Shown: piece after piece, positions 13,443-25,187 of the stretch
Numbering within the stretch: the stretch's first letter is position 1
Layout: the number at the start of each line of letters is the position of its first letter
Source of the DNA: Caecitellus pseudoparvulus
Lineage: Eukaryota; Protista; Bigyra: Bicosoecida
Assembly: GCA_965644315.1 (NCBI GenBank)
Contig: CBFFRQ010000056.1
Coordinates: forward strand, 124,001 to 188,000
Direction: 5' to 3'
Length of the DNA: 64,000 nucleotides
Program-made: the position numbers and the translations under genes
Notes under the pieces: generated by a model
What the model saw: only the letters and a program-made list of their open reading frames with translations
Databases searched by the model: none
What the model was told of the DNA's origin: nothing

Positions 13443-16335
13443 ATGGCAGCGCAGGCTGACCTGAGCGCGGCCAGCGATGCCATGGACTCCATGCTGGAGG
13501 ATCTGGAGAGCCTCGCCCTGGCACCCGAGGAGCAGCACGAAGAGCTGACCATCACGACGGAAAGCATCGCAGAGGCGTCTGCCCTGGCTTCCAGAGTGAA
13601 AGGGGCTCCTCCAGATTTGAAGCTCAACGAAGATGACTGTTTCCTCGTGCATGCAGGCATGTTGACAAAGAAAGGTGCGAGCCATGTGCAGTGCACTTGG
13701 GCCACGTTGCGCGGTGCAGACCAGGCCGCAAGTGGGTGGGGATCCTGGGGATCCAACCCAACTTGATTCATTTGTGTGCTGAAATTCTGTTGGACAGTGG
13801 TTGCAGGGCTCCCGTCTGGGTCCCCGGCTGCCTGCCTGCTCTGCGTTGCGCTGGCGTTTCGGACGCTTACTCTACTTCACAAGCCTCCCGCCGCCGAGGT
13901 GCGCAGGCACGGAGTCCATGTTCAAGTCTACGAATGAGAGGTACTGCATCCTCACCAATTTCCACTTCATCCTGTGCAAAGGCTCGTCCTCAGCTCCCGT
14001 CTTCTCCCACGCGGTGCCCATAGCAGAAGCCGTGCTGGAGGATGTGCTGCCTCGGCGCCTGGCTGCTCACATGGCAGGGCAAGACACGAAAGAATTGCCC
14101 GCTTTTGCATTTGAAGTGCGCTCTGAGTCTCGCCCCTTCCTCCTCGTCGCTGGCAGTGCCCAGGAGAAGCTGCAGTGGACTGCCAGCATCGCTGCTGCGA
14201 TTTGGCACAGCATCCCAGCCAGTTCCCGAGCTGCAGCTGGGTGGCGCCATGCCCGTGTTCTGGGAAGTCTGCACTCAGCTGTGCTGTCTGGCAGCGTAGG
14301 AGACCTGCAAGCGCTGCTGGCCCTCACACCAGAGGGCAGGCAGGCAATGGCCGCGGCAGTGAGCGACGAAGGCGGCGCGGAAGGCACGCCCGCGGCACTA
14401 GCGAGCTTGCCACAGGAAGAAGCACAGGCAGTGGATGTGAACGGCATTGACGCCGATGGACTCACGCCGCTGCTCCTCGCAGCCTCGTTGAACAAGCACG
14501 ACGCAGCCCTTGCGCTGCTGCAGGCAGGCGCGTCTCTCCTGAGCACGACGTACGCCGGAGCTACAGCTCTGCACATCGCAGCCGCCGGTGCCTTCTCCAG
14601 CCTCGTGCACAGCTTGATCGCCAATGGTGCAGATGTGAATGCCAAGGACGACACCCAGCGCACACCTCTCATGGTGTTGCTGGATGCCGCTCTGTGCAGC
14701 CTGGACATGCAGGACGCCGCCACCGCTGCCGCCGTGGCATCGCCCGCTGCCGCTGTCGCGGGTCCGACCAGCTCACTTTCTGGGCACGGCACGACGATTG
14801 CAGACGCCTTGGCCACACTGGAGGCGCTGCTGCAGGGCGTGGCGGGCGGCACGGGTATTGACCTGGCTGCCACTGACGCACATGGCGTGCCAGTGCTGCA
14901 CCGCCTGGCCCGCATGCCATCGCTCGCACCTAAGGCGGTGACAATGCTGGTGCGAGCAGGTGCAGATGTGACGGCGCGGGCAGGGGGCAACGGTGTCGCC
15001 CCGCTGCACGTCGCCATGGGGCTGGGCGTGCGACACAGGGGCAAGGAAGCGGATCAGGCGGCCTTCGAGGCAGCCTGCTTGAGCAACTTGGCCCCACCTT
15101 TGGAGGTCTGTGCGGCAGCGCTGCTACAGGCGGGCGCGCAGCCCAATGGAAGGGCTGCCGTGGGTGGGTGGACTCCTCTTCACTTGGTTTTGCACGGCAT
15201 TGCCAGCGCGGCCAAGGCGCCTGTTGCCTTGCCCCCATCCCCTCCCGCGGAGGCTTCCTCGCCAGTCTCCACACCCAGCCTTTCCGCACCCCCCACACCC
15301 ACAGCAGGCATGGCCTCTTCTCTAACGTCCTTGCCGGCTGTCGTACCGTTGTCCGAGCGCTTGGCGCTCAGCACGTCTGCCGCCCGATCCCTGGGGCGGT
15401 TCGGCGCTCGTGCAGACGTGAAGAGCCACGATGGACAGGACGTGGCAAGTTGCGCGAAGCATGTTCCTTCCGGGGAGCAGGTGCTGCAAGCTGCTGTGGC
15501 AGCAGGGGCAGGATTTGCAGACTTGGCGCCGCCTGATGCAGCCCAGACCTTTGAAGCCAGGGACGTTCCTGGCTTCATCATGGGGGCGGCTGACTTCGAT
15601 TTCACTGTGCTGGATTCGCGGGGTCCGTCCAAGCCCGAGACCCGGAAGGTGCAGTGGTGTGGCAGCCCCCCTGCCGTGTACACGCTGCCGACCCACAGGC
15701 ATGGGGAGGGCAACAGTGCAGTGTGGGCGCCGCACGACAAGCTGAGCCAGTGCATGCTGTGCGGCACAGAGTTCACGTTCTTCAATCGCAAGCACCACTG
15801 CCGTTCATGCTACCGCCTCGTCTGCCACGCCTGCAGTGCGCACGTGTTTCCCTTTGCGAACCCCGCCGCCCCAGCCGCACCCCGCACCATGGGCCGGGCC
15901 TGCGACGGCTGCTTCAACCGTCTGAGTGTGGATGCCATCGCTGCTGCCAAGGCGGCTCGGGAACGCAAGGCGGCTGCTGCAGCGGCGTCCAAGGAGGCAG
16001 CTGAGAGGGTGGCGCAGTCCCAAGCAGCGTCGGCGGCTGCTGGGGGTGGTGGAGGGTCTGGTCGGCGGGAGCTGTTTGCAGGTGCCTCTGCTCCGGAAGC
16101 AGGGGGTTCCGGCGGAGGGCCGAGCTCGGGCAAGGCCGCAGCAGCTTGTGGCTCTGCGGCTGAGGTGCAGGGCCAACTGCAGCAAACCCGCGAGAAGCTG
16201 GCAGAGCGAGGAGAGCGCATGTCCAGGATGGAGGATAAGGCTCAAATCATGGCTGACAGTGCCACTGAGTTTGAGAGCGTCGCCAAGCAGCTTGCAGATC
16301 GGCAGAAGGCCAACGCTTCGTGGGGCTTCTGGTGA
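13443..16335 (+). CDS. PH + ankyrin-repeat + FYVE + C-terminal R-SNARE (synaptobrevin-like) coiled-coil protein; exons 13443-13674, 13907-16335
   Basis: Spliced PH-like start (HAGMLTKKG|TESMFKSTNERYCILTN...FLLVAGSAQEKLQW). Ankyrin motifs (GLTPLLLAA, GATALHIAA, GWTPLHLV). FYVE (WAPHD..CMLC..FTFFNRKHHCRSC..VCHAC..RACDGC). C-terminal QTREKLAERGERMSRMEDKAQIMADSATEF heptads. Confidence 0.88.
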
Positions 16336-16579
16336 GGACACCGCTGGAGACCTCGTGCAGTGCGCAGGGTGTTGGCACAATCCAACGCAATTGCAGGAGA
16401 TCAAATCACAGCTGGATCCTCTGCAGCACTGTGCTGTCTTGGGCGCAGTTGGCACCAGTGGCTGGGCCGGAAGCCTGTGCACCTTCGAAAGCCGGGCATT
16501 CGACCTCGGCTTCAGGGAAATCCAGGTGCGCCTGGAACTGAAACACCGCATTTGGAGCTGATAATAGCAAAGAGTAGAT

Positions 16580-18001
16580 ATGGCAGCAGCTGAGGATGGC
16601 TCTGAGGGCGTCTTGGGCATTGCAAAAGCTGCGAGGGAGGCGTCGCTTGTGCTGGGTGCTTCTTCGAATTCCGCTCGCTCGGCCGCCCTAACAGCCCTGG
16701 CGACAGCACTGGGTACAGAGGAAGTCAAGGCAGCAGTGCTGGCGGCCAACGAAGTTGACATCCAGGCTGCTAGTGAGGCTCACCTGGCACCCGCTCTGGC
16801 TGGTCGACTGGCCCTGTCGGGGAAGTACGAAGGCGTGGTGGAGGGTGTGCGGCAGATCGCTGCTGCGGAAGACCCAGTTGGGGTGGTGACGCTGAAACGG
16901 GAGCTGTCCGAGGGCCTGGAGCTGCAGAGGGTGTCGACTCCCATCGGTGTGCTGTGCATCATCTTCGAGTCGAGGCCTGACGCTGCGCTGCAGATCGGCT
17001 CCCTGTGCATCAAGTCGGGTAACGCAGTGATTCTCAAGGGTGGCAAGGAAGCAGTTGCCTCGAACAAGGCCATCGTGGCCCAGTTCCAGGACGCCCTGAA
17101 GCAAGCCGGCCTCCCTCCGTCAGCGGTGCAGCTCGTGGAGTCCCGGGAGGATGTCAGTGCGCTGCTCGCATTGGACGAGTACATTGACCTGGTCATCCCA
17201 CGTGGCTCCAAGGCCCTCGTCAAGCACATCCAGAGCAACACCCGCATCCCTGTGCTGGGCCACGCAGACGGCATTTGTGCCGTGTACTTGCATGCCGACG
17301 CACAGGCACTGCCCCAGCGCGACGTCCAAGCACTCGTGGTGGATGCCAAGACGCAGTACGTCGCCGCATGCAACGCGGCTGAGACGCTGCTGCTGCACGA
17401 AGATGCCGTGGAAACAGTGTGGCCAGGCGTGGCTGCTGCCTTGGTGGAGGCAGGCGTCGTGCTCTTGTGCGACGAGGCGAGCTTGCAGGCCGTTGCCGGG
17501 CTGCCTGCCGCGCCGGCCCCGGATGCTTCTGGCTCCACGACACGATCTGCTGGAGGCGTGGAGGCAGCTGGCGCCGACGCCTTTGACACAGAGTTCCTCG
17601 GCTTGACCATGGCCGTCAGAGTCGTGCCGTCGCTGCAAGCTGCCGTGCAGCACATCAACAAGCACGGGTCAGCCCACACTGACAGCATCTTGACGGCTGA
17701 TGCGAGTGCTGCTGCGGAGTTCTTGGCCACTGTGGCCTCTGCGAACGTGTACCACAACGCCTCCACACGCTTCGCAGATGGCCAGCGGTACGGTTTCGGG
17801 GCCGAGCTGGGCATCAGCACCAACCGCATCCATGCACGCGGGCCTGTGGGCCTGGAAGGCATGGTGACGTACAAGTACACAGTGCAGTCCGGGCTCACAG
17901 GCAAGGTGGAGGGCGGGGGTGCACCGGCCCTGTCATGGGTGGGGCAATTCTCGGGAGCTGAGCCTGCCCGGGCGTTCACCCACGTCACGAAGGCGGTGTA
18001 G
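16580..18001 (+). CDS. proA: Gamma-glutamyl phosphate reductase (glutamate-5-semialdehyde dehydrogenase, ProA/Pro2), intronless
   Basis: PIGVLCIIFESRPD, KSGNAVILKGGKEA, IDLVIPRGS, CNAAETLL, NASTRFADG..YGFGAELGIST.RIHARGPVGLEG. Confidence 0.96.
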   Translation: MAAAEDGSEGVLGIAKAAREASLVLGASSNSARSAALTALATALGTEEVKAAVLAANEVDIQAASEAHLAPALAGRLALSGKYEGVVEGVRQIAAAEDPVGVVTLKRELSEGLELQRVSTPIGVLCIIFESRPDAALQIGSLCIKSGNAVILKGGKEAVASNKAIVAQFQDALKQAGLPPSAVQLVESREDVSALLALDEYIDLVIPRGSKALVKHIQSNTRIPVLGHADGICAVYLHADAQALPQRDVQALVVDAKTQYVAACNAAETLLLHEDAVETVWPGVAAALVEAGVVLLCDEASLQAVAGLPAAPAPDASGSTTRSAGGVEAAGADAFDTEFLGLTMAVRVVPSLQAAVQHINKHGSAHTDSILTADASAAAEFLATVASANVYHNASTRFADGQRYGFGAELGISTNRIHARGPVGLEGMVTYKYTVQSGLTGKVEGGGAPALSWVGQFSGAEPARAFTHVTKAV

Positions 18002-20053
18002 CTGCCGGCTTGGACAGTGCCAATGCACGAGCCAGTGCGGATGCCGTCCGTGTCCACCCAGTGTGCAGCAGGCGCCGGCCGTCCATGATGAGACTTCCAG
18101 GTGGCGCCTGTGCCAGCGCAAGGTTGAGAAACTGCCTCCGGCCGCGGTAGTTAAGCTCCCACACGATGCAGCCTGCAGGCCAGGCAGTATCCTCTGGAAG
18201 CGGGCATCCGGGGGTGTCCTTGCCCATGCCAGTGGCGTTCACGACCAAGCTGCCAGCGCCAGCCTGCTGCACCGCTTCCCGTGCGATCATGGAGCTGGCG
18301 GATTGCGAGGCCGCAAGTACAACGCAGATACCACCAACCTTCGCACAGCTTGGGAGGCCTTCACCCTCAAATACACTCAAGCTATCTCCTGCACGTGCTG
18401 CAACCGCCTCGCGGAGGACGGCCGCAGTGTGCGCAGCAGCGGCCTGGGAAGTGTCCACAAGCACGATGCGGCGTGGCGAGGCTGCTGTGGCAGAGCGCAC
18501 ACTCCCCAACAGTGCCACTGCACACGCAAGTCCGGCGCCACCTGCACCTAGAATCACAGCATCTGCGTCGGGGTGGGCACGGAACCAAGCAGAAGTCGGC
18601 GACTCGGCATCGGCTGCTGCGCCAGCAACACATGATGGAGCGGCAGCCACCTGCGCTGCTTCAACTGTACCCAGCGGCTGCAAGGCAGCAGGTAATGCCC
18701 CATCCACCCAGCAGTCTCCGAAGAGTGTCGAACCAGGCTGTCTTGATGCTTCATCTCCTTCAATGAGCTGCATCTCGCCAAGCGACCAGTCCAACACAGC
18801 TCCCATGGCTGCAGCGTCGAGGGCCACACCCTGCACAGCAGTGCGCCCATCGGCACTGCGAGTGCGTGTCACCCCGGACAGCTCCTCTAGCAGCTCTGCT
18901 GTCGGTTGCACGGTGTACAGGGCGGGGCCGTGGCTGGATGCTTCGTGCAGGGCAGCGTACATCGCAGTTTTGTGCGAGGTGATGAGCATGCCGCAGAGGC
19001 TTTCAGGCGGCAGCAGCAATACCGCTCGAGCGACGCAGCGGAGCCGTTTCAAGTACATGCTCTGTGCAGAAGAGCCGCTCTGGAGGGGCAGGGGGACGTC
19101 TAGAGGCAGGATGGCGGGGCAGGTCGAAGCGGCACCGGTTTGCGACCACCAGCCCTGCCACAGCTCAAGCGCTGAGCTGCGGGAGGCAGAGACCCCCATG
19201 AACACAAAGAAAGGCCCGTTTTCGAAAGATGGATGCATGTTGCAAACGGAGTGCTGCAGGACATACGTGGCGAGGGGTGTCTCCCCGTCCACGAGGTAGG
19301 TTTGCGAGACGAAGTTGAGCCAGGCCTCGCTGCCCAGATCAGCAGCAGCTGCGAGACAGAGGGCGAGGTAGTCAGAGGCAGGGAGGACATCTGGCCGTCC
19401 CCACAAGGGTCCATGCACTTGCGTGTCGTAGTACGCCCCCACTCGCTCATGCCACGCTTTGCTGTGCTCTGGCTCGTCTTGCGGGAATCGGGCGGGGTCA
19501 CGTCGGTACGCTTCATCGGTGCTCTCCACGCAGACCAGCGCACGAACTTGGCAACCGTGCTGGGAAGCATCAAGACACGTGACAGTCTCAAATGCGTACC
19601 GCGCTTCGCGCTCGCGGTATGCTGGCAGCTCTGCTGTGGGAATGTCCAGCAGCACACCCCACACAGCGTCTGCTTCTGAGCCACGACGCAGCGCCAGGGC
19701 AGCCAGCTCCCGGTCCTGAGGCCTTGTCTTGCCGCGCTTGATGCGGTTCAAGCTGACGAGCGAGAAAACTCGACACCAGCCTTCCAACAGCGCCGGGCGA
19801 AAGTTCCTGGGCGGCAGACGAGGGTCGACTGCTTGCTGCGGAAATTGGTTCCCCCTCACGCTTGCCAAGTCCCCACTCACTTCGCACTGGGCATGGTCTT
19901 CCGTGCGCTTGAGCGGGACATGAGCGAGCCATACCCGAAAATGGTCGTGTATCCCTCTGGGCTGCTGGCAGGGTGCTGAGGGTCAGGAAGCGCTTGGCCA
20001 ATCTGAGAGCTGCTGGGCGTCCCTGCCTCACTCTCGCCGGCAGCTGCTGCCAT
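17985..20053 (-). CDS. Fusion of a gamma-glutamylcyclotransferase/ChaC-like N-terminal domain and a shikimate-dehydrogenase-like C-terminal domain; exons 20053-19881, 19806-17985
   Basis: TIFGYGSLMS (GGCT loop), RPALLEGWCRVF, VWGVLLDI...YREREARY. Then FVFMGVS, GMLITSHK, ILGAGGAG, LVVNATGMGKD.PG.PL, VWELNYRG. Intron 19880-19807 (GTGAGT...CCCAG) joins the two ORFs in phase. Confidence 0.8.
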
Positions 20054-20353
20054 CGGTGTCTGAATACTGGATGCGAGGCGCCTACAAGTGTGCAGGTGTG
20101 ACGTCGTAGTTTGCACGATGCTTGCATTTTGCCGGCGTGTCTGGTGAAGGAGAGGAAGCGAGCAAGGCACATCAACGGCCGTCTTCAAATCCTCATCATC
20201 AACCTGCACATTTCCATCCTCACGATATGGTATCACAGTACTATCAACACTTGAATCGCGGACGCTGCTTTCTCTCATCTCCTTCCAGCCGTCGTCCAGG
20301 ACAAGCACTGGGCGGCGTGTTGGCTCAATTTCCGCACAAACCCGCAGGGTGCC
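20054..20353. promoter_or_regulatory. Divergent intergenic region between the GGCT-SDH gene and the P450
   Basis: 300 nt, lower GC, contains AATTTCCGCA at 20327-20336. Confidence 0.55.
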
Positions 20354-22038
20354 ATGGCGTTCAGCGACGTGGCCGATTGGTTCTTGGAGACGACGGCGGG
20401 TCAAGTGATTCTCTGTGTTGTGGCTATTTTTGCAGTGCTGACGCTTGCGACGCTTAAGGTGCGGCGAGCCACGGCTTCACGGCTTGCTGGTGCAGTGCAG
20501 CAACCTGCCACACCACGTTGTCACAGGACACTCCTCTGCCTGGTCCATTCGAATGGCCCATCGTGTCAAGTTTGCCGCAGCTGATTTCATATTTCGACGA
20601 CCAGCTGACCTGGTTCCTTGTGTACGCCAAGCTTCACGAGAAGCAGGGCACTTTCACCTTCAAGGTGCCTTTCACGCCCCGCTTTATCGCCACCGTCAAG
20701 CCTGAGTGCGTGGTGCAGCTGCGCCGCCTGGCACCATGCACAGCCCCACACCGTGCCCCCTACGCCTGTTGATTCCCCAGAAACATCAAGTATTTCTTGA
20801 AGGACAACTTCAAGCACTACGAGAAGGGGCCGTGGCTGTACCCCATCTTGGAAGACCTGCTCGGCGACGGCATCTTCAACACGGACGGCGAGCGGTGGCA
20901 CTCCCAGCGCAAGACGGCGGCGCACTTGTTCTCGGCAAACAGCTTCCGAACCCTCATTGCACCCACATTTGAGAAACACGGACACCTGCTCGTGTCTGAG
21001 CTGCAGCGAGTGCAGGCGTCGGGGGAAGTTGTGGACCTGCACGCACTGTACCATCGGTTCACCCTTGACTCCATCGGCGAAATCGCGTTTGGCGTGAACA
21101 TCGGGTCCCTCAAGGACCCCAGCATCCCTTTCGCTCGTGCATTTGACGGCGCGCAGTACTGTGTGGACAAGCGCATCTTCAATCCGTTCTGGTGGCTGTT
21201 CCCCTTTGCCCCCAACGAGCGCTTGGTGAAGCGCAATGTGGCCATCATGGACAAGTTCAGCTACGACCTCATCAACGAGAGGCGCTCCACGGGGGAGTAC
21301 AAGCACAAGACGGATGTGTTGTCCACATTCATGAAGGGCAACGACCAGTGGGCCGAGAGCGAGGAGGGCCGTGCCGATGGGCAGGCGCTGTACTCAGACA
21401 AGTACTTGCGTGACGTGATCATGAACTTCATCATCGCTGGCCGTGATACGACGGCCCAGGCGCTGTCCTGGACCACATACATGCTGACGCAGCACCCGGA
21501 GGTGGAGCAGCGCATGCGGCAGGAGATGTGGGAGGTGCTGGGCCCAGACAAAGCAGCCCCAGGCTATGATGACATCAAGTCCATGGTGTACACATCAGCA
21601 GTGGTGAAGGAAACCTTGAGACTGTACCCCTCCGTCCCCAAGGACGGCAAGATGTGCATGAAGGACGATGTGTGGCCCGACGGCACTGTGGTGAAGAAGG
21701 GCTGGCTGGCGGTGTACCTTCCCTACGTTAGCGGCCGCATGACGTCGCTGTGGGGCCCCGATGCAGAAGAGTTCAAGCCCCAGCGCTTTGTGGATGAGCC
21801 AGCGCCCAGCGCGTACAAGTACACCGTGTTCCAGGCCGGTCCCCGAACGTGCCTGGGCCAGAACATGGCCCTGTTGGAGGCAGTGAGTGTTCTGTGCTTG
21901 GTGTACAAGCACCACACGGTGAAGGCCCAGCCGGGGCAAGACATCAAGCCGCAGCTGTCGCTGACCATGCCCATGCAGAATGGCTTCAAGGCAACGCTGC
22001 ACCCTGCCCCGAAGCCCGCTGCGGTGCAGGCCAAGTGA
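20354..22038 (+). CDS. Cytochrome P450 resembling CYP86/CYP704-type fatty-acid hydroxylases; exons 20354-20458, 20527-20705, 20781-22038
   Basis: N-terminal TM anchor, LLGDGIFNTDGERW, AGRDTT, ETLRLYP, FKPQRF, heme motif FQAGPRTCLG. Two in-phase GT-AG introns. Confidence 0.95.
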
Positions 22039-22188
22039 GCGTAGTTGCTTGGCTTTCTTGCCTCGGTCTGGTGTACATTTGCATGCGCTGGCAAAATGCA
22101 CTTGCACGTCGTGTTTGTTGTGGCCAGCGCCTAACCGCCAGCAGAACGAGTTGGTGTGCGGTGATTGCCGGGCATGTCTGGGAGCGCC

Positions 22189-25087
22189 ATGGCTGCGCCG
22201 TCAGCGCCAGAGGCGGCAGCAGGCGTCAGCGCTGCGGCCCTCCCCATTCATGAACACCACCAGGAGATCATCGATGCGCTTCAAACCAGTCAGGTTGTCA
22301 TTGTAGTTGGCGAAACAGGCTCAGGTATGGTCACGGAAGGCCCAGGCCCAGCGCCTTAGATTGCGGAAATCACTGCTTCCGTTGGCAATTGCCGCAGGCA
22401 AAACGACGCAGCTGCCTCAGTTCTTGTACGATGCTGGCTACTCCCGCCCAGTGGACGAAGAGGCACGTCAGTCTGGATTCCACTCCTGGGTGGGAATCAC
22501 CCAGCCCCGCAGGGTGGCCGCCATGTCAGTGGCCACACGTGTGGCAGAGGAGATGCACAGCGCAGTGGGTGGCTTGGTGGGCTACAAGGTGCGCTTCGAC
22601 GACAAAACGTCCCATGACACACACATCAAGTTCCTCACTGACGGCATGCTCGTGCGAGAGGCCGTAGCAGACCCGTTGTTGAGCCGGTACAACGTGCTCA
22701 TGTTGGATGAAGCGCACGAGCGGTCCGTGTCGACGGATGTGCTACTGGGGCTCGTTCGCACCCTGCTCCCCAAGCGCCCAGAGCTGCGGGTGCTTGTCAC
22801 GTCTGCGACGCTTGACACTGACAAGTTTGTGCAGTACTTTGGCGCGGATACGCCGGTGGTGTCTGTGCCAGGGCGGTCTCACCCCGTGGCAGTGTTTCAC
22901 TCCAAGACCGACAATGCCTCTGCTTCGGGTGCGACCATGGACGCCGCTGTGGATGTCGTCATGCGCATCCACTCTCGAGAAGACCAAGGAGACGTGCTTG
23001 TCTTCCTTACAGGTCAAGAAGAGATCGACCGCACGGTGGATGCGCTCACGCTGCGGGCTGGGGACATTGGCGCCGCCCCGGACTTGCACACGTGGCAATA
23101 CGACGCCCATGCGCGAGCGTGGCGCAGAAGCCACAGCAAGCACACCCCACATCCCATGGATGCAGCGGGCGGCCGCCCTGCGAAGTTGCTCCCGCTGCCA
23201 TTGTACGGTGCTCTCTCCTCAGACCTGCAGCAACGCGTCTTTGCGTCGGCACCGCCTGGGCACCGCAAAGTGGTCATCGCCACCAACATCGCAGAAACGT
23301 CCGTCACAGTGGATGGCATCCGCTATGTTGTGGACCCTGGTTTTGTGAAGGAGAAGAGCTTTGACTTTGTCCGGGGCATGGAGGCTCTCAACGTCGTGCC
23401 CATCTCGCAGAACGCCGCTCAACAGCGCGCCGGTCGTGCAGGGCGCACAGGCCCTGGCAAGTGCTACAGGCTGTTCTCTAAGCCAAGCTACTTGGCTGCT
23501 CCCGTCGAAACCGTGCCAGAAATCAAACGCACGAACCTGACGAACGTCGTGCTGCTCTTGAAGGCGCTTGGCGTGCAAGACGTGCTCGAGTTTCCTTTCC
23601 TGGACGCTCCAGCCCCATCTGCTATTGCTTCTGGCCTGAAGCAACTGTACCTACTGGGGGCATTGGATGCAGACGGCTGCATCACGGGCATTGGCAGGGA
23701 GTTGACACACTTCCCGCTGTCACCGCCCCTCGCTCGCATGCTGGTGGAGGCTACCAAGGTTGACGTCCTTCCCGAAGCACTCACTCTGGCGGCAGTGCTC
23801 GGCTCCGAGTCTCTGTACTGGAACCCGCCCAGGGCGGCACCAGCGTCCACAGCAGTGCGGGGTTCGCACCACGGCGCGTCAGCCCGCACATCACAGGACA
23901 TGGCTGTGCTTGGCGCCCGTGCGGAGATGTACGATGAGAGCGGGGACCATGTCACGCTGGTGCAAGTGTACGAGGAATGGCGCAGGCAGGGGGGCTCGCC
24001 GGACTGGGCTCGGAGCAAGTTCCTCAACATGCGCGGGTTGCGGCAAGCCCACCGCACGCGCCAGCAGCTTGCAGAGCTCGCCAGCTCCCACACTTCCGGC
24101 GGGCGGACTCACACCAGCGCTTCTGGCCCCTCTGTGCCTCGGTCGCGGTCCCCAGACAAGCCGAGGCTGGACGAGTGGGGCCGCAGCCTGCCAGGCCCAG
24201 ACCGCTACGGCGCTTCGAGAGGCCATGGCGGGCGAATGTCTGGCCGTGAGGAGCGCAGTCACGCTGAGCGTGGGCACCGTGCACACTCCCGCGATGGGCA
24301 CAGACACCGGGATTGGGAACGGCACGGGGATGACAGACAGCGCCGATGGGAGGGACGAGAGCGTGGGCGATCTCCGCCGCCCGCTCGCAAGTCGAGAGCA
24401 TCCTCGCTCACTTCAGACCCCCGCCGCCCCCTGGGTCTCCTGGACAAGCCCACACGAAGGGCTCTGCTGAAGTGTGTCGTGGCTGGCTTTTACCAGCAAA
24501 CAGCTCAGGTGTGTGCTGGGGACACGTACAAGCTCATCACGGGGTCCCACGGAGGTACTGGGGTGGGGGAGGATGGCATTGCGCTGGACCGTGCATTACT
24601 GGACGACCACCGTGAGGAACGGTACCGGCGTTCGACGTCTGACTCTGCGCTGGGAACACAGCTGGTGTTCCTGCACCCCACCTCAGCCCTCACCGTCGTG
24701 AGCCCGCCCCCTTTTGTGCTCTTTCACGAACTCGTGTCCACAAGCAGGCCCTACATGCGCACTGTATCAGCAGTGAAGAGCAAGTACCTGGAGCCACTGC
24801 TGCCCAAGCTGCAGCATGTGGACTTGCGCAGGCTGAGCGGGAGGGCCGACCCCGTGCCTCAGGGTGGGCAGCCTGACGCAGCAGTGGCTGAACAGGGGGC
24901 AGGCGATGCGGCTGTCCCTGAAGGTTTCTTCGACAAGCCAGCCGCCCACACTCCCAGCTCGGGGCCGAGTGTGGACGCGAGCCCTCCTGCGCCAGCCAAC
25001 ACTCCTCATGCCGCAGTGGGGGCGAGTCTGGAAGCCGCCAGAGCACGGGCTTTGGCGCGAGCGCAAGCTCGCGCTGGCACAAAATGA
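22189..25087 (+). CDS. DEAH/RHA RNA helicase (Prp22/DHX8/DHX40-like); exons 22189-22324, 22398-25087 (alternative in-frame ATG at 22174)
   Basis: LPI..H..EI, spliced GETGSG|KTTQ, TQPRRVAA, DEAHER, SAT, ATNIAETS, QRAGRAGR, followed by HA2 and OB-like (FLHPTS..YMR) regions. Confidence 0.93.
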
Positions 25088-25187
25088 AACTGCATCACAT
25101 TAGATCCCGCACAAGGTATGTCGTGGCTGCTGCCAGGAGCTTGGTGTGGCACTCTGTTCTCGCACAGCTCGGATCTGCGGGTCAGCC

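Noticed and set aside
15926-16561. Overlapping ORF extending through the FYVE-ProA intergenic region
   Set aside because: Alternative frame with a non-ATG start, no motif, and no supported splice into it.
20054-20404. N-terminal extension of ORF 19877..20404
   Set aside because: It spans the divergent promoter and overlaps the P450 start; the ATG at 20053 (MAAAAG) fits better.
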